From: a virus
Lineage: Duplodnaviria > Caudoviricetes
IMG/VR virus record: IMGVR_UViG_3300012667_000409
Span: 1 to 31,661 of that record
Strand: one strand, 5' to 3'
DNA: 31,661 bases
Below, one piece after another: positions 25,493 through 31,661 of this stretch. Positions within the stretch are counted from its first letter, which is position 1. Every line of letters begins with the position of its first letter. A program made the position numbers and the translations under genes. A model generated the notes under the pieces. It saw only the letters and a list, made by a program, of their open reading frames with translations, did no database searches and was not told where the DNA came from.

Positions 25493-25645
25493 ATGTCACA
25501 AGGTTCATATTTGCAAAACACCAAACGTAATAAAAAACGCTTTGATGATGGTGGTTATGAAGATGATTTGAAGCCGAATAAAAAGCAGAAGCAAAAGAAA
25601 GATTTCAGTAAACAACGTGAACAAAAGCGTGGTGAGTTTGTATGA
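25493..25645 (+). CDS. small basic protein (50 aa)
   Basis: AAGGA RBS; MSQGSYLQNTKRNKK... Confidence 0.65.
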   Translation: MSQGSYLQNTKRNKKRFDDGGYEDDLKPNKKQKQKKDFSKQREQKRGEFV

Positions 25646-25851
25646 ATGAAGTACTTACCAAAATTGCAAAGGAAGCCAAGGTTGAGCATTGCATTAGCCA
25701 TGTTCGACTGCAAGAGTTCGCTGAGTTGCTTGTGAAAGAAACAATCAATCAAATGTGCTGTCAAATGTGGGTGCATGGTATTGATCAGGCAAACAACCCT
25801 TCGTTCTATAAAGCAATTCAGGATACTGAAAAACATTTGGGAGTAAAATGA
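25642..25851 (+). CDS. hypothetical protein, FAELL...HLGV family paralogue
   Basis: MNEVL...QEFAELLVKE...KHLGVK. Confidence 0.75.
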   Translation: MNEVLTKIAKEAKVEHCISHVRLQEFAELLVKETINQMCCQMWVHGIDQANNPSFYKAIQDTEKHLGVK

Positions 25852-26009
25852 TGAGTAATTTATGGTTTAACATTCGTTTTGGTACACGGCATTTTCAACT
25901 AAGCAATGACTGGGGATTTTCTTTTTCAGTTAATCCTTACTTTATTGATAATCCTCCAGCTAAATTCTTTCAAATCTATTGTATCTTTGGAAAGCACGTT
26001 GGACTATGA
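25848..26009 (+). CDS. hypothetical protein (53 aa)
   Basis: MMSNLWFNIRFG...; GGAG RBS. Confidence 0.65.
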   Translation: MMSNLWFNIRFGTRHFQLSNDWGFSFSVNPYFIDNPPAKFFQIYCIFGKHVGL

Positions 26010-26551
26010 AAGAAACCCTGAAACGTTGGACTAAATATATTGTAATTTTCATGCTTGCTTTTTGGTTAACTGGTCAGTACAATGAATACAGACAACTCAA
26101 AGAGTTTGAGCATGTTCGTAAAGAGTTAATCAGACAAGAGCAGGAAGCTGTCAAAGAGCAAGAGCGTAAATGCTTGAAAAATGCACTATACTATGAAGCA
26201 CGTAGTGAAGGTACTATCGGCATCTTGGCAGTTGCATCTGTCATTGAGAACAGAAAGAATCATGTCAACTACCCTAGTAGCTACTGTGGTGTCATTAAAC
26301 AGCATAAGCAGTTCAGCTACACCCTAGAGGGAAGACCTGATGTAGAGCGTATAGAAAGGCGTTTAAAGGCTGCGGATAAGGTAATGTACGGCTATGTATC
26401 AGAAGTAGCAGATAACATGCTAGAAGGTGAATTTAAACCCGTTCTAGAGCACTCTGTTCTTTGGTATGCTCATAAAAAAATTAAGAACGCATGGATCAAA
26501 ACTAAGCAGACCTATGCTACAATTGGCAATCATCGTTTTTACAAGGAGTAA
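26006..26551 (+). CDS. SleB-like cell wall hydrolase (Hydrolase_2) with N-terminal TM anchor
   Basis: YYEARSE...AVASVIENR...YP...QFS...IGNHRFY; probable start MKETLK. Confidence 0.9.
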   Translation: MKETLKRWTKYIVIFMLAFWLTGQYNEYRQLKEFEHVRKELIRQEQEAVKEQERKCLKNALYYEARSEGTIGILAVASVIENRKNHVNYPSSYCGVIKQHKQFSYTLEGRPDVERIERRLKAADKVMYGYVSEVADNMLEGEFKPVLEHSVLWYAHKKIKNAWIKTKQTYATIGNHRFYKE

Positions 26552-26554
26552 TTT

Positions 26555-26878
26555 ATGAACAAACCACACAAACACGCAGAATGCATCAAGGCTTGGGCTG
26601 ATGGTGCTGAGATTGAATACTGGTCTGATGTATATGCTGATTGGCATCCTTCAATTAATCCGTCTTGGCATCTTCAAACAACATACCGCATCAAACCACA
26701 ACCAGTAATTGAAAAGAAATTCATCTTTGCACAGCATTTTGAAACAAAAAATACAAACTTTAAAGCTGAAATTTGGCCTGAAGGTTCCAATTACATTGGT
26801 GAAGCTATCATTCAGGTTACATTGACAGACGGTAAAGTTACAGCAGTAGAACTTTTGGATCAACCAATTTCAAAATAA
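26555..26878 (+). CDS. hypothetical protein (KPHKHA...AWADG...YRIKP family)
   Basis: AAGGAG RBS. Confidence 0.8.
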   Translation: MNKPHKHAECIKAWADGAEIEYWSDVYADWHPSINPSWHLQTTYRIKPQPVIEKKFIFAQHFETKNTNFKAEIWPEGSNYIGEAIIQVTLTDGKVTAVELLDQPISK

Positions 26879-26886
26879 CCTTTATT

Positions 26887-26917
26887 TCCCTGTGGGTACA
26901 TCCTACAGGGATTTTTT
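26887..26917 (+). terminator. Rho-independent terminator
   Basis: TCCCTGTGGG/CCTACAGGGA stem followed by T6. Confidence 0.8.
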
Positions 26918-26963
26918 GTTGTATAATTCACTCCAGACATTAACTACTCGAAAGATTTCAAAC

Positions 26964-27887
26964 ATGCAAACAGATAAAATCATCGTTACAGCTTTCATCG
27001 ACAAAGAATTCTATCATTTCATGCTCCCATATGGTGAATGGGTGATCAATGGTAAAGAATACACAAATTCAAATTATAAATCTGAACAGATTACTTCCAA
27101 AGAAGAACCTGTGATTTTTAAGGTTGAACGCAAAACCAATATTGTTCGTTATAAAAATGTTACTGATGAAAATATGATTGGTCTTAGCGTTGGTGCTTAT
27201 GAAGATTCACTTGAAAGACTTAAAGCTAAAGGTAGCTGGTGTAATCTTAATGAAGAATTAGTTTTTATTTCTCTTGAAGATGAATTTGCGTATAAGAAAT
27301 TTCTACGTGATTGGAAACCAGTAACTGAACAACAAATTCTAAAGCATCGGGTTGAGACTGAAGTTCGACATGCAATGCTTGATACTGGTTCACCCTTTAT
27401 TAAACCACTATTTTGCATTGACCAGACTAAACCTGAGTTGGTTGAAGTTGATTTTGCACGATATCAAAAACATGTTGTGCATGAATGGTTGAAAGATTGC
27501 AATGTAACTGATTATGATTTTCCTAATCATAGTCATCTTGAGTATTTTAAAATTGGTAAAACTTACGTGTTCAACGGTAATCGTAATGAATTTAATGGTA
27601 GTAATCCCGTTCGTGTAATACAGGGTGTTGCTGCAGAACAACTTCTCGAAGATGAAAAGAAAAAGATCGAAGGTAAGTTATATGCTGTGCTATGCAGTCT
27701 TCGAGCAATTCCTGATGTGAATGTACGTCAGGTAACAAGTGAAATTGAAGCTGTACGTGCTTACTTGCTACAACATGCTGGTGATCGTGTATCCAAATCC
27801 CAAGTGGTGCAAACATGCCGCAATGATCTGCAGAAAATTGTAACAAGATTGGAAAATCTCAGTAAAGAAGTAATCTCTGGAGTATAA
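26964..27887 (+). CDS. hypothetical protein (307 aa)
   Basis: Long ORF; probable start MQTDKII, downstream of the terminator and TATAAT. Confidence 0.8.
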   Translation: MQTDKIIVTAFIDKEFYHFMLPYGEWVINGKEYTNSNYKSEQITSKEEPVIFKVERKTNIVRYKNVTDENMIGLSVGAYEDSLERLKAKGSWCNLNEELVFISLEDEFAYKKFLRDWKPVTEQQILKHRVETEVRHAMLDTGSPFIKPLFCIDQTKPELVEVDFARYQKHVVHEWLKDCNVTDYDFPNHSHLEYFKIGKTYVFNGNRNEFNGSNPVRVIQGVAAEQLLEDEKKKIEGKLYAVLCSLRAIPDVNVRQVTSEIEAVRAYLLQHAGDRVSKSQVVQTCRNDLQKIVTRLENLSKEVISGV

Positions 27888-27915
27888 TCTAGGCTTCAAC
27901 ACAAGGATTTCAAAC

Positions 27916-28221
27916 ATGAAGACATACAAATTCTACGCTGATCCGGGTCACGGTTGGCTTGCTGTCAAGATCAATGAGTTGATGGAACTTGCAATCATTA
28001 CTCAGATCAGTCACTACAGCTACATGCGTGGTGGTACAGCATATCTTGAAGAAGATTGTGATGCTGCTCTGTTCTTTAATGCTTATCGTGATAAACACGG
28101 AGTGGACCCAAAGCATTCATGCACGCACACAAACAATCGTAGTCCAATTCGCAACTATGATGGCTATAATCGAAATAAAGCTGTGGATTACGCTTTGACT
28201 AAACTTGGAGAAAAGAAATGA
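27916..28221 (+). CDS. conserved phage early protein (DPGHGWL...YLEEDCD)
   Basis: Motif recurrent in phage early regions; has its own promoter motif. Confidence 0.8.
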   Translation: MKTYKFYADPGHGWLAVKINELMELAIITQISHYSYMRGGTAYLEEDCDAALFFNAYRDKHGVDPKHSCTHTNNRSPIRNYDGYNRNKAVDYALTKLGEKK

Positions 28222-28379
28222 AAGTTTGGATTGGATATGATGTCTATTACGACTACTGTAATGAGTGGCGCTCGGCAGTCAAGGTATTCGATAATGAAGT
28301 CAAAGCCTTAATTTGGAAAGCAGAATTTGAAGCTACATTTTGTGAATGGCGTGCATATGAAGAATTTGAGGTAGAATAA
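28218..28379 (+). CDS. hypothetical protein (53 aa)
   Basis: MKVWIGYDVYYDY...; GGAG RBS. Confidence 0.7.
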   Translation: MKVWIGYDVYYDYCNEWRSAVKVFDNEVKALIWKAEFEATFCEWRAYEEFEVE

Positions 28380-28642
28380 TGCAGAAAAATATGACCTTGA
28401 TTGATTTAGCAAACTTGCTGAACTACATTCGTATGTATCATTCACCATTTGCTGCGGGTTCAAAACGTAGGGTGGTTAAGTACGTAGACCCACATATTGA
28501 TATGCGTACTGGTGAGTGCTTCAGTATTACTTTTCGTACATACGGCGCTGAATTCAACTTTTATACAACAAATGAAGAGCGAAGTAATCCAAAAAGTCTT
28601 TTCCAACGCTGTATGGATTGGTTAAATTCTGATATAATCTAA
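28379..28642 (+). CDS. hypothetical protein
   Basis: GAGG RBS. Confidence 0.75.
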   Translation: MQKNMTLIDLANLLNYIRMYHSPFAAGSKRRVVKYVDPHIDMRTGECFSITFRTYGAEFNFYTTNEERSNPKSLFQRCMDWLNSDII

Positions 28643-28665
28643 GCTTCAACAACAGGAGAATTTAC

Positions 28666-28917
28666 ATGCTGACAGTACGAGATACCAATATTGGTGAGTT
28701 CCAAGAAAAAGATTTTGGTAACTACTTTACTTACCGTAAAACTGACAATCCTTGGGCACTCCAAAACAACCTCACGCATGAAGTTGATGTAGGTGATGGT
28801 GTGCGTTTTGCTAATGTTCTGAAAACAGTAGTACACATGTGCGTTGATGAAGATGCTGAAGGTAAAGCTGTTCTTCATACTTGGAAGATCAAGAATCATA
28901 TTTTGTACATGAAATAA
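28666..28917 (+). CDS. hypothetical protein
   Basis: AGGAG RBS, own promoter motif. Confidence 0.75.
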   Translation: MLTVRDTNIGEFQEKDFGNYFTYRKTDNPWALQNNLTHEVDVGDGVRFANVLKTVVHMCVDEDAEGKAVLHTWKIKNHILYMK

Positions 28918-28998
28918 CCCTTTATTTTAGTCAACTTCTCGCACAGGCCAAAATCTGTGCTACAATCAAAGCTCACAAACCAACTGATGGAGTTTAAG

Positions 28999-29448
28999 AT
29001 GCAAAAGATTCAAGCTGTTTACCGTGGTGCAACTTCCAGCACTGGCAATGAACGCAATGATTGCACAGTTCGTGCCTTGGCTAATGCAACAGAGATGCCT
29101 TATGAGAAAGCCCATGCTTTGCTCAAGAAACATGGTCGCAAAGATTGCAAAGGTGCATACTTCACTACGATGAAACCTGCCTATGAAGAAGCTGGCTTTG
29201 TTCTGTATGGTGTCTATGGTACAACTCGTGCTGCTCGTTATACTGCACACGTTACAAAGCAGAAGGCCAACGCAGGTACTACACTCGCAAAGTTGCTTCC
29301 TACCCTTGGTTTCGGTGAGTACATCGTCAATACTACTGGTCATGCAGTTGCTGTGGTCAATGGTAAGATCATCGACACATTCGACAATCCTGCAGGTAAA
29401 CGAGTTGTTGCTGTCTTCAAAAAAGTTGATGGTGACTTCGGAATTTAA
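28999..29448 (+). CDS. putative papain-fold (C39-like) Cys-His protein
   Basis: NDCTVRALA...GHAVAV..G...D; probable start MQKIQAV (GGAG RBS). Confidence 0.6.
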   Translation: MQKIQAVYRGATSSTGNERNDCTVRALANATEMPYEKAHALLKKHGRKDCKGAYFTTMKPAYEEAGFVLYGVYGTTRAARYTAHVTKQKANAGTTLAKLLPTLGFGEYIVNTTGHAVAVVNGKIIDTFDNPAGKRVVAVFKKVDGDFGI

Positions 29449-29495
29449 TAAAATCTGTGCTACAATCTAATCTTCAACAAACGAAAGGAAATCAA

Positions 29496-29759
29496 ATGTC
29501 AAGCTCTAAAGTTTTCGCCAGTATGATCGAACAATCGAACGGTAAGATGGTTACTGTCACTTTTATCAAACAAGATGGTACAACACGGGTCCTCAACGGT
29601 CGCCTTGGTGTTAAGAAATACCTCAAGGGTGGTAAGCTCAGTACAAACACCGATGAGTATATCAACATCTATGATGTGCAAAATAAAGGCTATCGCAGCA
29701 TTAACCGCAATACAATCGTAGCTTTGCGTATGCAAGGTATTGAAGCTGTTGCAGTATAA
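29496..29759 (+). CDS. SH3/WYL-like beta-barrel protein (DUF2693-like)
   Basis: VTFIKQDGTTR...YDVQNKGYRSI. Confidence 0.7.
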   Translation: MSSSKVFASMIEQSNGKMVTVTFIKQDGTTRVLNGRLGVKKYLKGGKLSTNTDEYINIYDVQNKGYRSINRNTIVALRMQGIEAVAV

Positions 29760-29771
29760 TTGGGGATAAAA

Positions 29772-30092
29772 ATGAAAAGCTCAAAAATTATTGAATTGGC
29801 AAAAGAAAAAATGCCGATGACTTTTACTAGTCGGGAGGGTAATAAGGTGTCTCCTTATATTTGTGATCAAATTAGAGAAGTCTGTAATGAAAATGAATCG
29901 TACAGTAAAGGTCGTCAAATTAAGAATAAAATTGCTGAACTAATTGAAGATAACTTTTCTCTTGTAGATTGGGTTATAAACAAAGGATACGCCACAGAAG
30001 AAGAAATTTATGATAATCCAAAGAAAATGCAGCAGACTCGTTTGAATTTTATGGATGATCTGATTAAATATTACAAACAGATTGGAGATTAA
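29772..30092 (+). CDS. hypothetical protein
   Basis: ATG start MKSSKII. Confidence 0.75.
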   Translation: MKSSKIIELAKEKMPMTFTSREGNKVSPYICDQIREVCNENESYSKGRQIKNKIAELIEDNFSLVDWVINKGYATEEEIYDNPKKMQQTRLNFMDDLIKYYKQIGD

Positions 30093-30093
30093 T

Positions 30094-30426
30094 ATGTCTA
30101 AAATTACAATCGCTGAAATCCTGCATAATGCTGCAGATAAGCATTTGGCTGCTAAAGAAAGTCAGTATTGGGGTAGGGGTGGAAATAAAGAAAAATTCTC
30201 TTGCTGTGCAGTTGAAGAATCCGTAATTGATTTGCACAGGACTTTTACTAGTACTGAAGTGAATGCAATGTATGTTCAAATCTTGGCTGGTTTAAAAGAA
30301 ATGGGTTGCCCTACTGATTCTTGCGATGCTTTTGATGATGCTTTTGAGTTCAAAACAGAAAATCAACAAGCTCGTTATGTATGGCTCAAATTTGCTGCTA
30401 TGATGGCAGAAGAGCAGGGTGTATGA
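30094..30426 (+). CDS. hypothetical protein
   Basis: MSKITIAEIL..., GGAG RBS. Confidence 0.75.
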   Translation: MSKITIAEILHNAADKHLAAKESQYWGRGGNKEKFSCCAVEESVIDLHRTFTSTEVNAMYVQILAGLKEMGCPTDSCDAFDDAFEFKTENQQARYVWLKFAAMMAEEQGV

Positions 30427-30551
30427 GCAAGAAGCTTAAAAAGCTGCAGCTAAAGCGCAGGAATCATCTTGTGGCTATTGTTATGCGTAAAGCTGTACAG
30501 AAGCACAAAGATCGTAAACGTGAAGCAAAGAATCAACATCAGGAGAATTGA
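30423..30551 (+). CDS. small highly basic protein (42 aa)
   Basis: MSKKLKKLQLKRRNHLVA...HKDRKRE; ATGA-coupled. Confidence 0.65.
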   Translation: MSKKLKKLQLKRRNHLVAIVMRKAVQKHKDRKREAKNQHQEN

Positions 30552-30552
30552 C

Positions 30553-30756
30553 ATGAAAGATGAATTAGACTATCAAGCACTGATCGCAGAAGTAGCATTG
30601 ATTGATCAAGATGCAGCAGAATACATGCAAGGTCCAATGCGTGAATGCTTTGGTTTCTCTACATCAGGTGATCTTTGGGAAGTAGTTGTGTGGGAACATA
30701 CCGCACAAGGTACTGAATACTGGTATAATATCGCAAAACAATTGGAGAAACTATGA
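30553..30756 (+). CDS. hypothetical protein (67 aa)
   Basis: MKDELDYQ..., AGGAG RBS. Confidence 0.7.
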   Translation: MKDELDYQALIAEVALIDQDAAEYMQGPMRECFGFSTSGDLWEVVVWEHTAQGTEYWYNIAKQLEKL

Positions 30757-30884
30757 ATAAATTAATTATCGGGCTAGCTATTATCAACCTATGCATTTGT
30801 ATCTTTACATTAAATGTAGCAGGTATTTGTGGTTGGCTTGTAGCTTTGCTAGGTTACATTCAACTCGACTCTCATAATCTCTGA
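30753..30884 (+). CDS. small membrane protein (43 aa)
   Basis: MNKLIIGLAIINL...; GGAG RBS. Confidence 0.65.
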   Translation: MNKLIIGLAIINLCICIFTLNVAGICGWLVALLGYIQLDSHNL

Positions 30885-30893
30885 AATAGAAAT

Positions 30894-31103
30894 ATGAATA
30901 CAATCACCTACAATTCTTTCAATGGTAAATTATTCTATGAAATGAGTAAACCTGAGTTAGAATATTGCATGGAGATTATCATGCAAATGATCAATGCATA
31001 TAAACCAAGTATTTCTGGTATCTGTATTTCAGATCAGGAAGCACAACAAGAGCGTTGGAATGCTTGGCAAAATGCAAATTATAATCTGAACAAACTTCTT
31101 TAA
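30894..31103 (+). CDS. hypothetical protein
   Basis: ORF in a co-directional array. Confidence 0.65.
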   Translation: MNTITYNSFNGKLFYEMSKPELEYCMEIIMQMINAYKPSISGICISDQEAQQERWNAWQNANYNLNKLL

Positions 31104-31113
31104 GGAGAATAAA

Positions 31114-31290
31114 ATGTTTATTAAATTTAGATCAAGAAAAGATGACTTTACATTTGTACTAAATGCTTTTCAAATCATTGCTATTCATGAAACAGCAGAC
31201 AAATGTACTTGTATTATTACTACAGATAATGAACGATATTATAGTTGTGAGAAATACAAAGATGTATATGAAAAACTAGAATCACTATGA
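31114..31290 (+). CDS. hypothetical protein (58 aa)
   Basis: TAAGGAG RBS; MFIKFRSRKDD... Confidence 0.7.
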   Translation: MFIKFRSRKDDFTFVLNAFQIIAIHETADKCTCIITTDNERYYSCEKYKDVYEKLESL

Positions 31291-31305
31291 ATAAAGGAGA
31301 AAATC

Positions 31306-31503
31306 ATGGACGTTATTTTAGCTAAAGAAAACGCTGATGGCAGTGCAGTATTTACTTTTGATATGACAGCAGAAGAGACTCGTATGATGGTCTTGCTAGG
31401 CATTAAAACAGCCCTTCTAGCTGGTCTTGAAGATGCAAAGCTCTGGAATGGTGATGCTGACCTTGCAGAACTACAACAGGACAACCAAGGGTTATCCGAC
31501 TGA
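31306..31503 (+). CDS. hypothetical protein (ENADGSA motif)
   Basis: AAGGAG RBS. Confidence 0.75.
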   Translation: MDVILAKENADGSAVFTFDMTAEETRMMVLLGIKTALLAGLEDAKLWNGDADLAELQQDNQGLSD

Positions 31504-31565
31504 AAGACCTTATGTTTTACTAGGGTATAAAGCAGATGTAAAAAGTTGTGCTACAATAGAGTCAT

Positions 31566-31651
31566 ACTGAGATAGCTTAATGATAGAGCGGTGGGCACAC
31601 AGGTAACGACGACTACCCATATGTGCAGGTTCAACTCCTGCTCTCAGTACC
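31566..31651 (+). ncRNA. tRNA-like RNA with a 20-nt anticodon loop
   Basis: Acceptor ACTGAGA/TCTCAGT, D arm GCTT/GAGC, stem GTGGG/CCCAT around CACACAGGTAACGACGACTA, T arm GCAGG-TTCAACT-CCTGC. Ends A-CC-T. TGTGCTACAAT -10 lies just upstream. Confidence 0.75.
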
Positions 31652-31661
31652 TTTAACTTCA

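Noticed and set aside
26892-26963. GTG-start extension of the 331-aa ORF
   Set aside because: It lies across a terminator hairpin and a -10 box; ATG at 26964 is preferred
30423-30551. ArfA-like ribosome rescue factor
   Set aside because: Basic and small, but lacks the KGKGSY motif
5320-31484. Numerous 60-125 aa opposite-strand or alternative-frame ORFs in the track
   Set aside because: They overlap well-supported genes and lack an RBS or recognisable motifs
1-31661. CRISPR array, DGR or stop-codon recoding
   Set aside because: No regularly spaced repeats, no reverse transcriptase or template/variable repeat pair, and genes tile densely under the standard code

Overview
AT-rich (roughly 36-40% GC by eye) segment of a lytic tailed dsDNA phage genome with two divergent arms that meet at about 15.3-15.8 kb. 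No structural genes, integrase or CRISPR array are visible. The left arm (minus strand) holds replication genes: T7-gp6-like exonuclease (partial), SLOG/YspA protein, GapR/DsbA-like protein, SSB, family-B DNA polymerase, T7-gp4-like primase-helicase, HNH, DRB0094-type RNA ligase, DNA ligase and an SPFH protein. It also holds a mixed RNA/protein operon (4525->2316): tRNA-Arg(UCU), two aberrant tRNA-like RNAs, two unexplained structured RNA elements, a Pol-beta-type nucleotidyltransferase, two GGEDQG paralogues and a CAU tRNA. The right arm (plus strand) holds two HNH endonucleases, two Zn deaminases, a kinase/Rnl1-like ligase/phosphoesterase RNA-repair cluster, thyX, a HU-like protein, a SleB-like hydrolase and many small early-type genes with repeated promoter motifs. 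It ends in a tRNA-like gene with a 20-nt anticodon loop. The best candidates for new biology are the tRNA-mimic/ncRNA/nucleotidyltransferase operon and the expanded-loop tRNA-like RNA, set against a large RNA-repair gene complement. All family calls come from motif recognition by eye, and all RNA folds were paired by hand.
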